Source: an uncultured Magnetococcales bacterium (GTDB lineage Bacteria > Pseudomonadota > Magnetococcia > Magnetococcales > CAYFNE01). Taken from it: 64,000 nucleotides of DNA. The first letter of the stretch is position 1. Each line of letters starts with the position of its first letter. Shown piece by piece: positions 1-10,140 of this stretch. The notes below the pieces were generated by a model. It saw only the letters and a program-made list of their open reading frames with translations. It ran no database searches and was not told where the DNA came from. A program made the position numbers and the translations under genes. The stretch is taken from the NCBI GenBank assembly GCA_964344355.1, contig CAYFNE010000003.1, positions 3,068 to 67,067 of the forward strand. The letters are read 5' to 3'.

Positions 1-3000
1 GATTTTCATTGGAAAAATCCAACACATCGGTCGGATTGCCATCGGCATCCAACCGCCGCAACGCCTTGAAGGCGGCCACCCAGAGTTCTTCCGTCTGCGG
101 CCAATCGGCCACCAGGTCCATGATTTGACCCTGGTTGCTGGTAAAAGGGTCGGATCTCCAGCGCATGGTCCCCGTTTCATCCAGGCGCACCACCTCCTTT
201 TTGCTGATGAACCAGGCACCGCCGGCGGCGTCGGGGATCAACCGTTTGATGGCATCGGTGCCATCGAAAGACCATTGATGGTGCAGCATGCCATCCCCGT
301 CATAAATTCGTACCTGCCGGGTTTTCAAGGCCAGCCATAAACGGTCCCGATCCGCGTCGAAAGCGATGTCGATGAGACGCTCCTTGCCGCCAAGGGCAAT
401 GCTGGCCGTTTCTTGACCCTGGAGATCGAATGCCGCAACCCGTTTGTGGGTGGCCACCCAGATCCGGGAACGGGATTCATCCCAGGCCGCCGCCAATACC
501 TTTTGCGCCAGGTCGAGGGCGTCCACCAGGTTTCCCTGGCGGTCGAACCGATGCAAAACGGCCCCGGAAACCAGCCAGACCCCGCCATCGTCCGGCTTGA
601 CCAGCAAACGGGGTTGATCATCGGCCAGTTCCGCTATCTCCTCATCCACCGTCAGATCGCGGGTGAAACGTACTGTTCCGGAAAAATCGACGGCGGACAG
701 GTTGCCACCGCCAAAACTCCAGACGGTTGCCCGCCGATCATCCACCGCTACCGTCTTGATGGCGGGGATCGTCTCATTTTCCAACAGGATCGAACCATCG
801 ACGGTGGACAGTTTCAACAAACCTTGCGTACCGCCCACCCAGAGCGATTTCCAGGCGTCATCGGCATGGGTGACCATTGCTTCCGTGGCCGGGGATTGCC
901 GTTCCCCGGTCGGTACCACCTCCAGATGAACGGTTGCCACCTCCGACACGGATTGACCGTCGTCGACCTGGAAATGGAACCGGTCGGCGCCACGGCTGTT
1001 TTCGTGCGGCGTGTAGCGAAAAGCGCCCGTGGCCGCATCGGTGATTTCCACCGTGCCCTTGGCGGCCCCTCCCCGCAGATGGAAAACCAGGGTGTCGCCG
1101 TCGGCATCGCTGGCATTCAGGGTGCCGAAAAAATCGGCCCGATCGGCAACGATGAAGGCGGTCTCCGGCCGATCGCGATACAAACCGTCGATTTCCGCCG
1201 CCGACAGGGCGCGGTCGTACAGACGCACCTCATCCAGGGCGCCATGAAAAGGGCTGGCCAGTCCGGGATCCCGGAGATCCGTCCCCAGCAGGGGCAGATG
1301 ATCGGGATCGATGACGGAAATGGCATCGGTTTCGTGCGCTACCCGCATGCCATTGATATAAAGGGAACGATATCGATCCGCCGACAGAACGGCGGCGACA
1401 TGATACCAATGGCCGGGACGCAGTGGACTGGACCCCGGGTCCGCGTTCGTTTCCCCGGACAATCCCAGTAGAGAACAATCGGGGCCGGATTCAAGGTGGA
1501 GCCGGTTGTTGTTCAAACCCAGCACCACCCCACCAGTGGCATCGGTATCACAGGTGGTGGCGTAGATCACCTGGTCACGCATGGATTGAAACGTCAGCCA
1601 AAAAGCCACCGTTGCATCCCCGCCACCGGTGGATGGACTCGGCAGGGCGATATGATCATCCCGTCCATCGAACTGATACGCTTCGTTGTCGATATTTTCC
1701 CGATCGGCAGCCGGGGAAGCACCCTGGATGGTGCCGTGATAGTCGTTGCCGCTGATATCCCGCGCATGGCCGGAAAAGGGATAGTGGGCGATCAAACCAT
1801 CCCGCAAACGGTGAAGGGTGGTGGATACCGCCGGGTCGGCGATCTCCGGGACATCGTTCACCCCCTCGATGGTGACGGTCATCGTCGCCGGTTCGGACGT
1901 CACGGTGCCATCACTGACCCGCCAGGTGAATGAATCGTTGCCACTGGCGCCCGGCGCCGGGGTGTAGCGGAATGTACCGCGGTTTTCATCGATGATTTCC
2001 ACATCGCCCAGGGTACCACCGCTGACGATGGCATAGGTCAGTCGATCCCCATCCACATCCTGGCCGGGGAGGGAGCCGACATGGGCCTGCCCCTCCAGGG
2101 TGGTGGCGTCGCCGTCGGTTGCCACCGGTGGATCGTTTACCGGCGCGATTGATAAGAACACCGTTGCCGGCGGCTCCTCACCCGGTTCATCGCCGATGTT
2201 ATAGGTAAAATGGTCCATGCCGAAGGCGTCGGCCTCCGGGGTATAGGTGAACGTGCCCGCGTCGGCATCCCGCAGCGTGACCCGGCCTTTGAACCCATTT
2301 TGGAGGATATGAAATTGTTGACCGTCGGGCAGAGGCGTTGAGACCGGCAACGTCCCTTCGATCGACTCGCCTTCGGTGGTCTTGAAATCGGTTTGAACGA
2401 CGACCGTAACCTTGGCGATGTTGGAAAGGGCGGCGCCGTCGCTGACCTGAAATGTGAACTGGTCCACCGCCGTGGATTCCAGATCATCGGCCCGATAGAC
2501 GAACCAACCGGAATGGGGATCCCGCAGGGTCACCTGGCCCTTGGAACCTTGCTCGACGATGTTGAAGGTCAATTCATCGCCGTCCACATCCAGCGCCATC
2601 AACATCCCCTCGGTCTCTCTGCCGACGTTGGCATGGACTGTTTTATCCCGGGCCACGGGTGGATCATTGTCCGGTTCGACGGTGAGTTCCAACCGTTGGA
2701 CCGGTTTTTCGAGCGCCGCCTTTCCGCCCCGGGCCAGGAGGTCCACGCCGGTCTCTCCCGGTTCGCCAAAACGGCGATCCCACTCCCGAACATGGAGTGC
2801 AACCGTGCCAAAAAAATGGGTGTCGGGAATGAATCGAATCCGGGTTCCGGGCGTGGTGGCCAGCAGCGTGGCCGAATAACCGGACAGGTTGGTCAGGGTG
2901 CGCCAGCTCGGCTCCTCCTCCGTCCGGTATTCCCAGGTTCCATGGTCCGACTCCTGACCGACGATGGCCATACCTCGGGCGGTGCCCGTCAGTAAGGTGG

Positions 3001-5092
3001 CGATCGATGTACCCTCGTTGTCGGTTTCATCTTCGACGATGCGGGTGAGGGTCTGGGTGGTACCGCTGTTGTCCAGGGGGGTGGTACCATCGTCGTCCAG
3101 GGGGGTGGTACCATCGTCGTCCAGGGGGGTGGTACCATCGTCGTCCAAGGGGGTGGTACCGCCGTTGTCCTGGGGCGGTGGATCGCCAGCATCGACATCA
3201 CACAGATCGCCACTGCCATCCCCATCGTCATCGGCCTGATCCGGATTGGCCAGGGCGGGACAGTTGTCCAGGTTGTCGGAAATGCCATCGCCATCCCTGT
3301 CAATGAACCGGATCGACAGATGGACGGTGGCGGCTTCGGAGGTTTTATCCCCGTCGTTGACGGTATAGGTGAATGAATCGGCACCGGTGGTGTCTTGCCG
3401 GGTGGTGTATTCAAACAGACCCTTGCCGGCGTCGGTGAGGATCACCGTGCCCAGGGTGGGCTCGTCACCGAGGGCGTAGGTGAGGGGGGCGTCTTCCGGA
3501 TCCGTAGCCGCCAGCCGACCGCTGATGGTCTCACCGTTTAACATTTCGAATGAAAGATCGTTGGCCACCGGGGCCAGGTTTTCCGTACCGTCGGCGGCGA
3601 TGATGATGGTCACCTTGGCAGCATTGGAATCGGTGGAGCCATCGTTGGCCCGATAGAGGAAAAAATCCGTGCCGCTGGCATCGGTGGCGGGGGTGTAGGT
3701 GAAAGAGCCATCGCCATGGATGACCACGCTCCCCTTGTCCAGCCCACCCTGTCCGTTCTGTTGGGCGAAGGTCAGGGTGTCGCCGTTGAAATCGGTACCG
3801 GCCAGAGTGCCGCTGACCGCCTGGTTAACCGTGGTGTGGAACTGGGCCGCCTCCACCATGGGTGGCCGATTGTTGGCGGCCTGAATCGACTCATCGCTGA
3901 TGGCGCCCTTTTTGAGGCTACCGACCAGGATATCGACATGATCGGCCTGCTGGATGACCACACCCTCACTCAACTGTCCGGCGGCCACCTCGCCGGGCGC
4001 CAGATTGTTGAAAGAGATCATCAGCGCGTTGAGGGGGGAGTCGGTGCCGGTGGGGTTTTCGAGACCGAGACTGGCCTCGACCATGGCTACCGCCTGTTTT
4101 TTCAAGGTTTCGGAAACCCGGGTATTGGCCAGTTCGTCGGCCGCCGCCTGGTTGTCAAGGATCGGTACCACCCGGTTGATGGAATCCCCGAGACCACTCT
4201 TGACCGCATCGGCGGTCATCCTGTCGCCGTTGTTTTTGGTCACCCGCAAGGTGTTGTTGATGACCTCCGCCACCACCACGGCATTTTGCAGGTTGATGGT
4301 CGCCAACAGGGTGTTGGCGCTCTGTCCGTCGGGCATGGCGCCGGTCAGATCACTCCCGTTGGCCTTGCCGTCCAGGTTGCCATCGGCCAAATCCTCACCG
4401 ATCAGGTTGAACACCCGGGTTTGGTCACGGCTGTCGGTACCCGCCACCCGCCGCACCACCTCACCGACGGCCTCGGATGATTTGGTGTAGGAGGCGATAT
4501 TGTCGGCGGTGAGAGGGGAGGTGATGGGATCGATGGCGGTATCCTCCCCATCGATGCCGAAGCCGAAGTTCAACAATACCGTCTCGCGAATGGCATCGAC
4601 ATCACTCCCGACCACTTGGTCCAGACGACCGCCGGCCTTGCTCTTGGCGGCGCCGGTTATCAGGGTGGTGATGGTGGAAATATTGGCCGTGGTCCGGCTG
4701 TCGTCGGTCAATATCGACGAAAGGGTGACCGCCAGAGTCTCCCCGGTCACCCGATCGGTGCCGCCGGAGGCGTGAATTTCAATGGGAAAAACAGTTCCAG
4801 TCGGGATTTCAAGGCGGTAGGAGGCGTCATCACCGGATCGACCGCTGGCGACGGTATCGCCGTCGGCATCGAACACGGTGATCGCGGTCCCGGTCACCGC
4901 CCCTTCGATCACCGAGCCGCCGATGCTGATTCCGGAGGTGGCGTCTTGATCACTGTTATCGGTGCTGGAACTTCCGTCCGTGCTGGTGGTGGAAACGGTG
5001 CCGTCACCGCCCCCACCACCCCCGCCACCACAACCGATGAGGGTAACCAGGGTCAGGGTCAAAATCAGGTTCAGGAGGCCTCTTCGGGTCAT
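1..5092 (-). CDS. Very large secreted lipoprotein, adhesin-like (at least 1697 aa; C-terminus lies beyond the left edge). Contains a lipobox, a Gly-run linker, cadherin/VCBS-type Ig-like repeats, a thrombospondin type-3 Ca-binding motif, a LamG-like domain and a propeller-like C-terminal part
   Basis: Absent from the ORF track because it has no stop inside the window. Hand translation of the minus strand from the ATG at 5092-5090 gives MTRRGLLNLILTLTLVTLIGCGGGGGGGGDGTVS (lipobox LIGC). The same frame was checked at 3310 (RFIDRDGDGISDNLDNCPALANPDQADDDGDGSGDLCD, a TSP3 motif), at 1261 (GALDEVRLYDRALSAAEIDGLY, a LamG_3-type signature) and at 181 down to 2 (still open: ...DETGTMRWRSDPFTSNQGQIMDLVADWPQTEELWVAAFKALRRLDADGNPTDVLDFSNEN). 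FTYTP..D..G.DSFTY..DG and VNDPPVA motifs recur. No listed minus-strand ORF uses this frame. The plus-strand ORFs 413..1471, 2393..2995, 3716..4480 and 4616..5122 are antisense shadows. Confidence 0.85.
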   Translation of the reverse strand, partial: MTRRGLLNLILTLTLVTLIGCGGGGGGGGDGTVSTTSTDGSSSTDNSDQDATSGISIGGSVIEGAVTGTAITVFDADGDTVASGRSGDDASYRLEIPTGTVFPIEIHASGGTDRVTGETLAVTLSSILTDDSRTTANISTITTLITGAAKSKAGGRLDQVVGSDVDAIRETVLLNFGFGIDGEDTAIDPITSPLTADNIASYTKSSEAVGEVVRRVAGTDSRDQTRVFNLIGEDLADGNLDGKANGSDLTGAMPDGQSANTLLATINLQNAVVVAEVINNTLRVTKNNGDRMTADAVKSGLGDSINRVVPILDNQAAADELANTRVSETLKKQAVAMVEASLGLENPTGTDSPLNALMISFNNLAPGEVAAGQLSEGVVIQQADHVDILVGSLKKGAISDESIQAANNRPPMVEAAQFHTTVNQAVSGTLAGTDFNGDTLTFAQQNGQGGLDKGSVVIHGDGSFTYTPATDASGTDFFLYRANDGSTDSNAAKVTIIIAADGTENLAPVANDLSFEMLNGETISGRLAATDPEDAPLTYALGDEPTLGTVILTDAGKGLFEYTTRQDTTGADSFTYTVNDGDKTSEAATVHLSIRFIDRDGDGISDNLDNCPALANPDQADDDGDGSGDLCDVDAGDPPPQDNGGTTPLDDDGTTPLDDDGTTPLDDDGTTPLDNSGTTQTLTRIVEDETDNEGTSIATLLTGTARGMAIVGQESDHGTWEYRTEEEPSWRTLTNLSGYSATLLATTPGTRIRFIPDTHFFGTVALHVREWDRRFGEPGETGVDLLARGGKAALEKPVQRLELTVEPDNDPPVARDKTVHANVGRETEGMLMALDVDGDELTFNIVEQGSKGQVTLRDPHSGWFVYRADDLESTAVDQFTFQVSDGAALSNIAKVTVVVQTDFKTTEGESIEGTLPVSTPLPDGQQFHILQNGFKGRVTLRDADAGTFTYTPEADAFGMDHFTYNIGDEPGEEPPATVFLSIAPVNDPPVATDGDATTLEGQAHVGSLPGQDVDGDRLTYAIVSGGTLGDVEIIDENRGTFRYTPAPGASGNDSFTWRVSDGTVTSEPATMTVTIEGVNDVPEIADPAVSTTLHRLRDGLIAHYPFSGHARDISGNDYHGTIQGASPAADRENIDNEAYQFDGRDDHIALPSPSTGGGDATVAFWLTFQSMRDQVIYATTCDTDATGGVVLGLNNNRLHLESGPDCSLLGLSGETNADPGSSPLRPGHWYHVAAVLSADRYRSLYINGMRVAHETDAISVIDPDHLPLLGTDLRDPGLASPFHGALDEVRLYDRALSAAEIDGLYRDRPETAFIVADRADFFGTLNASDADGDTLVFHLRGGAAKGTVEITDAATGAFRYTPHENSRGADRFHFQVDDGQSVSEVATVHLEVVPTGERQSPATEAMVTHADDAWKSLWVGGTQGLLKLSTVDGSILLENETIPAIKTVAVDDRRATVWSFGGGNLSAVDFSGTVRFTRDLTVDEEIAELADDQPRLLVKPDDGGVWLVSGAVLHRFDRQGNLVDALDLAQKVLAAAWDESRSRIWVATHKRVAAFDLQGQETASIALGGKERLIDIAFDADRDRLWLALKTRQVRIYDGDGMLHHQWSFDGTDAIKRLIPDAAGGAWFISKKEVVRLDETGTMRWRSDPFTSNQGQIMDLVADWPQTEELWVAAFKALRRLDADGNPTDVLDFSNEN
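3072..3167 (-). repeat. In-frame 24-bp tandem repeat x4 inside the giant lipoprotein, encoding (TTPLDDDG)x4
   Basis: On the plus strand the unit tccaggggggtggtaccatcgtcg starts at 3072, 3096 and 3120; a variant copy starts at 3144. It lies directly C-terminal to the TSP3-like motif. Confidence 0.9.
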
Positions 5093-5428
5093 GCACCCCC
5101 CGGGGGAGATATGGACAGTTGAAAAGTTTTAAAATTGAAGACTATCCGTTATCAGCAAAACCTGCAAGGCAACTTTTCAAAACTCATAATTTATCCTGTC
5201 GACATGGATGGGTTTGCAGCCCGACCGTTCCCGGATTCGGTACACATTGGCGATTTTGAATTGGCGGATGTCTTGGGGTGGGGGCCGGGGTAGGGAACAT
5301 GGGTGAAATTTCAATAGTCAAGTCAATTCCTACGGGGGAATGGCATATAGAAACCCGCCCTCAGGGTGGCAACCGGGCTCGTCGAACTCAACGAAGTCGA
5401 CATTACATTCGAGAACCATTCAGCACAG

Positions 5429-6886
5429 TCATGCTACCAACGAAAACAACGCCATCCGTTCCGTGACGCCTTTCAACGCCACATCGTCCAACTCTTTGAC
5501 CGGATAGCGTTTCTGAACCCGGGCAGCGACTTCTCCACTGAAAAGAATCGCCGGATTCGGCGCCTTGCAGTGGTTTTCGATCCGTGCCGCCACGTTGACG
5601 GTGTGGCCGATGACGGTGAATTCCAGACGGTTGGGGGCGCCGATGTAACCGGCTACCACCTCGCCGTAGTGGATGCCGATGCCGTTATCCAGGGGAGGCT
5701 CTCCCCGCGCCATTCGGGTTTGGTTCAAGGTCGCCAACCGTTGGCGCATGGCCAGGGCGGCGGTTACGGCGTCGGCGGCGGGGTTTTTTCGGTCGTCGGA
5801 CAGGCCGAAAACCGCCATGATGGCGTCGCCGATAAATTTATCGACCATGCCGCCATGCTGTTGGATGGCGGTCACCATCTCCTGGAAATAGGCGTTCAGC
5901 AGATCGGTCAACGCTTCCGGGGGCATGGTTTCCGACAGCGGGGTAAAGTTGCGCAGATCGGCGATCAATACCGCCACCTCGCGGCGTTGGCCGCCCATTT
6001 TGATCGTTTGTTGGCCATCGCCATAGGATCGAATGAACGAATCGGCCACCTCGGGGTTGACGAACCGGCCGAAGGCGTCGCGGATGCGTTCCCGTTGCGC
6101 CAACCCCTGGATCATGCCGTTGATGCCGCCGGCCACCCGGCCCAGTTCATCGCCACGGCTGGCATCCACCGACCGTTGAAAATCCCCTTCGCCGACCCGC
6201 TCCACCGTTTCCAGGAGACGATCACAATCCTTTTTCAGGGAGAGACCATACCGGCGCGACACCAGCAAGCTGGCCACCAGGAAACAAACCCCCAGGAACA
6301 ACACCTCGAAGGCGGCGGCCCGATCGGTGAATCCCTCGTAGACGAAGCGAAAACTCATCAACGACATCATCATCACCGGGATCAGGGTGAACAGGAAAAA
6401 TCCCTCCATCAGGCGACTGGCGATCCGTTCCAGGACCGGGCCGGCGCCGGTTTTTTGCAGTTGGCGAACTTTTTCCTCCAGCAACACATATTCCAGCTGG
6501 GAAAGAATGCCGGCCCCCAGTCCCCAATAACCGGACAACAGTTTCAAATGGCTCGACCAGTGAAAATCAGGGTAGAAAACCCCATGCAGGATCGACCCGG
6601 CCACCCCGGCCAACAGCCAGGAGAGCACCGAGAGAAAAAAACCGTGCCGGGCCAGGGTGACCGGTCGCACCGGTGCGGGAAACCGCTGATAGAGCCACTC
6701 CCGGACGCCGACCTGAACAATCCACACCGCCGTCAACCCGGCGATGATGCGTGGCAGGGAGAGGGTGTCGATGAACGGACAGACCACCTTGCCGTAAAAG
6801 CCGAGAAAAAAAACCGCCGTCGCCGTCAACAGGTGCAGGCGAACACGGGTGGATGTATCGATGTCGGCCAGGGTGATGGGGGTCAT
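5429..6886 (-). CDS. Membrane-bound class III adenylate/guanylate cyclase with multi-TM N-terminus and HAMP-like linker
   Basis: 485-aa ORF. Hydrophobic N-terminal half. Cyclase core: EVAVLIADLRNFTPLSE...MVDKFIGDAIMAVFG...GIHYGEVVAGYIGAPNRLEFTVIGHTVNVAARIE. Confidence 0.85.
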   Translation of the reverse strand: MTPITLADIDTSTRVRLHLLTATAVFFLGFYGKVVCPFIDTLSLPRIIAGLTAVWIVQVGVREWLYQRFPAPVRPVTLARHGFFLSVLSWLLAGVAGSILHGVFYPDFHWSSHLKLLSGYWGLGAGILSQLEYVLLEEKVRQLQKTGAGPVLERIASRLMEGFFLFTLIPVMMMSLMSFRFVYEGFTDRAAAFEVLFLGVCFLVASLLVSRRYGLSLKKDCDRLLETVERVGEGDFQRSVDASRGDELGRVAGGINGMIQGLAQRERIRDAFGRFVNPEVADSFIRSYGDGQQTIKMGGQRREVAVLIADLRNFTPLSETMPPEALTDLLNAYFQEMVTAIQQHGGMVDKFIGDAIMAVFGLSDDRKNPAADAVTAALAMRQRLATLNQTRMARGEPPLDNGIGIHYGEVVAGYIGAPNRLEFTVIGHTVNVAARIENHCKAPNPAILFSGEVAARVQKRYPVKELDDVALKGVTERMALFSLVA

Positions 6887-7086
6887 GGGGCGGCGCCTGT
6901 CGCGTCGAACGTTGTGGGAGTCTGCCAGGATACGTGAAGACTTATGGCCGGGGAACCGTGTTCAGCCGATCGAATTCCCGTGCTGGCGACCAAATGAATT
7001 ATTTTCCGGGAATTTCATCTCTGTTAAGATGTCTATCCCTGCATATCGATTTTCAGTTTGGGATTGGAAGAAAAAGGAGGAATACG

Positions 7087-7524
7087 ATGAAAAAAAGAGT
7101 GGGCTTGATAATGATCCTGGGCCTGTTCATGGCCGTCAGCGCCCGGGCGCATGAAAAACCGACCCATCAAATCCCCGATGCGCCGCCGGACTATCTGGCG
7201 TTGAAAAATCCCTTGTCCCTGGAAGAGTTGGACAAACGCTCGGTGCGGCGGGCGGCGCGACTCTACAAGAGCAAATGCAAAAAGTGCCACGGTGTCGACG
7301 GCGACGGCCACGGTCCGCGTGTCGATGAGCTGACCACCCATCCGGCCGCCTTCAGCAAACCCGGTTATCTCAAAACCCGCACCGATGGCCAACTGTTCTG
7401 GATCATCGAAAACGGCAGTCCCGGCACCGAAATGCCGGCCCACGGTCCGGGTACCCGCTTCAACCTCAGCCATGATGAAATCTGGAAATTGATCCTGCAC
7501 CTGCGGGCCAATTTTACCAAATGA
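7087..7524 (+). CDS. Periplasmic class I c-type cytochrome
   Basis: ATG at 7087 preceded by aaaaggagg. Signal peptide MKKRVGLIMILGLFMAVSARA. Single haem motif CKKCH and a distal GTEMPA Met ligand. The longer track ORF from 6934 is probably an over-extension. Confidence 0.8.
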   Translation: MKKRVGLIMILGLFMAVSARAHEKPTHQIPDAPPDYLALKNPLSLEELDKRSVRRAARLYKSKCKKCHGVDGDGHGPRVDELTTHPAAFSKPGYLKTRTDGQLFWIIENGSPGTEMPAHGPGTRFNLSHDEIWKLILHLRANFTK

Positions 7525-7691
7525 TCGATCGGCGGGCCGTTTTCGGCGAAACGAACGGCCCGCCGATGAAAACCGGCCCCTCTTTCCCCGATTACCGAAA
7601 ATCAGGGCAAAAAACCTGTTTTCCCAAACCTTTTTTCTGTGTATCCTCCGCAGGGACGCGCCTCCCATTTCCCCGATTTCAATCCTGATCC

Positions 7692-9248
7692 ATGGCCGAC
7701 GAAACCCTTCATATTTTGATCGTCGATGACAATCCCGTTGAGCGGATGCTGTTGGCGCGGTTGTTGGAGAAAGTGCGCCGCTGGCGCATCACCACCATGG
7801 CCTGCGCCACCGGTGAGGAGGCGATGGAGAAAAATTTTCAGTGTGGACCCGCCGGGCCGGATGTGATTTTCGTCGATTATCGTCTGCGCGGTGAAACCGG
7901 TACCGATCTCATCGGCCGGTTGCGCGGGGCCGGCTGTGAGGCCGGATTCATTCTGTTCACCGGCACCACCGGCGATGAAGCCCTGTTGGAGGCGTTGCGC
8001 ACCGGCGCCGATGACTATCTGCACAAAAACGACCTCAACCTCGACAACATCAACCGCGTGTTGCGCAACACCCTGGAAAAACGGCTCACCGCCCGCGCCC
8101 TGCGCGAGGCCATGATGGCCCTGCAGGAGGCCAAGGAGGGGTTGGAGGATCGGGTACGCGAACGCACCGACGAACTGCGCCGGGCCAAGGAGGAGGCGGA
8201 ACGGGCCACCCAGTTGAAGGACAAGTTCGTCTCCCTGGTGGCCCACGACCTGCGCGGTCCCTTCACCACCATCCTCGGTTTTCTGGAGCTGCTGGGCAAC
8301 GACAAAAAAAATCCGCTGAACAAAAAGCAGAAACAGTTTTTGGACTGGGTGGTGGAAACCTCCCAGCGCATGGTGCGGATGATCGATGAAATTCTCGATA
8401 TCAGCCGTATCAAAACCGGTAAGATCAGCCCCAAAAGCCGTTTCGTCAACGCCCGTTTTTTAACGGAGCAGATCATCGACAACATCACCCCCCTGGCGGT
8501 CAAAAAGGGCATCCGCATCGAAAACCGGGTGCCGGAAACCGCCCGGCTCTACGCCGATCCCGGTTTGATCGGCGAGGTGTTGCAAAATCTGCTCTCCAAC
8601 GCCATCAAGTTTTGCCACAAAGGCGGTCGGGTGACCCTGTATCAGCCCGACGATGAACCGGCCACCCTGGCGGTGGCCGATACCGGCATCGGCATCCGAA
8701 AAAAATACCAGGAAAAAATTTTTTTACTGGAGGAAAAGACCAGCATCGTCGGCACCGCCGGTGAACGGGGCACCGGTTTCGGCCTGCCTTTCAGCCTGGA
8801 GTTGATGAAGGCCCACGGCGGCAGCCTCACCATGACGTCGGGGGAGGGCAAGGGCAGTACCTTCTACGCCCGCCTGCCGGTGACCTTTCCCCGCGTGTTG
8901 CTGGTGGATGATGATCCGGTCTTTCGCGATCTGCTGCGAATCCACCTGCGCAAGGAGCAGGTTTCGGTCTGCGAGGCCCCCGACGGTCCCACCGCCCTGG
9001 CCATGTTGCGGGAACAGGAGCACCATCTGGTGATCTGCGATGTGAAAATGCCGGTCATGGACGGTTTCGACCTGTTGAAAAATTTGCGCGAAGACCCCGC
9101 CACCCGAGATATTCCCACCATCCTCGTCACCGGTGACGAAACCATCGCCACCCGCGAAAAGGCCTTTCAGATGGGGGCCAACGATTTTGTCACCAAACCC
9201 TTCACCCGCTATGATTTCATGCCGCGGGTCAAACGGTTCCTGGGATAG
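7692..9248 (+). CDS. Hybrid two-component protein: receiver, coiled coil, HisKA, HATPase_c, receiver
   Basis: ILIVDDNPVERMLL (REC), FVSLVAHDLRGPFTTILGF (H-box), ADTGIGI...GTGFGLPFS (N/G boxes), VLLVDDDPVFRDLL...DVKMPVMDGFDLL (second REC). Confidence 0.9.
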   Translation: MADETLHILIVDDNPVERMLLARLLEKVRRWRITTMACATGEEAMEKNFQCGPAGPDVIFVDYRLRGETGTDLIGRLRGAGCEAGFILFTGTTGDEALLEALRTGADDYLHKNDLNLDNINRVLRNTLEKRLTARALREAMMALQEAKEGLEDRVRERTDELRRAKEEAERATQLKDKFVSLVAHDLRGPFTTILGFLELLGNDKKNPLNKKQKQFLDWVVETSQRMVRMIDEILDISRIKTGKISPKSRFVNARFLTEQIIDNITPLAVKKGIRIENRVPETARLYADPGLIGEVLQNLLSNAIKFCHKGGRVTLYQPDDEPATLAVADTGIGIRKKYQEKIFLLEEKTSIVGTAGERGTGFGLPFSLELMKAHGGSLTMTSGEGKGSTFYARLPVTFPRVLLVDDDPVFRDLLRIHLRKEQVSVCEAPDGPTALAMLREQEHHLVICDVKMPVMDGFDLLKNLREDPATRDIPTILVTGDETIATREKAFQMGANDFVTKPFTRYDFMPRVKRFLG

Positions 9249-9303
9249 GGTGGTTGTTGAATGGGCCGGATCGGTGATCGAAGTGGTTACCTGTTGAAAA
9301 AAA

Positions 9304-10053
9304 TCAGGGCCGAACGGTCATGACGCCCCGGTGCAACCACTCGGAAAACATTTTGTTGGCGATATGGCTGCGGGTGGCTTCGTTCAGTTCACCCCGGATG
9401 ATTTCAGCTACCCGATAGATGGCCCAATAACCATTTTGCGAGTAGGGACCGGTGATTTCACCGGTCTGGGCGGCGAAGAGATCCTGTTCCACCTCCGGTG
9501 GCAGCATGCCGCGCTTGAAACAACCCAAATGGCCGCCCGCGATACGGCTGCTGTGTTCCAGGGAGTGTTTGCGGGCATAAAAGGAAAAATCCCCTTCGCC
9601 ATTGCGGATTTGCTTCAGGATCTGTTCGGCCAGTTCCCGTTCCTTGCAGACGATGCGGCCGAGACAAAGCATGCGCAGGGCCTCGCAATTTTTTTCGAAA
9701 TAATCTTTCACCGCCGCATCGGTACAGAGCGCCTCCTTGAGTTTGTTGCGCAACAGTTCATCGCGGATCGCCTCTTTCCACTGATCGAGGGTGATGCCGT
9801 GACGGCGGCAATGGTCGCTCATGTTGCGGGCGCCACTCAATCCCAGATAGCGCCTTCGTTCTTCGACGGTGGTCTCCAGTTCCTCCTCGGAAACCGTCAC
9901 GCCCATCTCCCGGCACTGGATGTGAATGACTTCGATTTCAATGAGGCGATAGATGGTGTTCCTGAAAACGCCGCTGACCTTCAGATGGTCCACCACCGCG
10001 TTGACGGTGATCTTCTTGCCCTGCACATAGGTCAGAATGTCCTGCATTTCCAT
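9304..10053 (-). CDS. Parvulin-type (PpiC) peptidyl-prolyl isomerase, apparently cytoplasmic (NifM/PrsA-like layout)
   Basis: C-terminal rotamase motif ARKHSLEHSSRIAGGHLGCFKRGMLPPEVEQDLFAAQTGEITGPYSQNGYWAIYRV. I prefer the start at the ATG at 10053 (MEMQDIL, G-rich SD upstream). The track start at 10095 adds 14 aa. No signal peptide seen. Confidence 0.7.
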   Translation of the reverse strand: MEMQDILTYVQGKKITVNAVVDHLKVSGVFRNTIYRLIEIEVIHIQCREMGVTVSEEELETTVEERRRYLGLSGARNMSDHCRRHGITLDQWKEAIRDELLRNKLKEALCTDAAVKDYFEKNCEALRMLCLGRIVCKERELAEQILKQIRNGEGDFSFYARKHSLEHSSRIAGGHLGCFKRGMLPPEVEQDLFAAQTGEITGPYSQNGYWAIYRVAEIIRGELNEATRSHIANKMFSEWLHRGVMTVRP

Positions 10054-10140
10054 TGGGATTCCCCCCCAAAAAAACCAGCGCGTTGACTGTTTCACCGTTC
10101 ATCGCCCCCCATGGGTCGAGGGCGATTACAAGCGACCGAC

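Noticed and set aside
413-5122. Plus-strand ORFs 413..1471, 1496..1933, 2393..2995, 3716..4480 and 4616..5122
   Set aside because: All are antisense to the single long minus-strand lipoprotein frame, which I verified at four positions.
5366-6937. 523-aa plus-strand ORF
   Set aside because: It is exactly antisense to the well-supported cyclase gene (5429..6886). Its composition is Gly/Arg/His/Gln/Asp-rich with no motifs. This is a typical high-GC shadow ORF.
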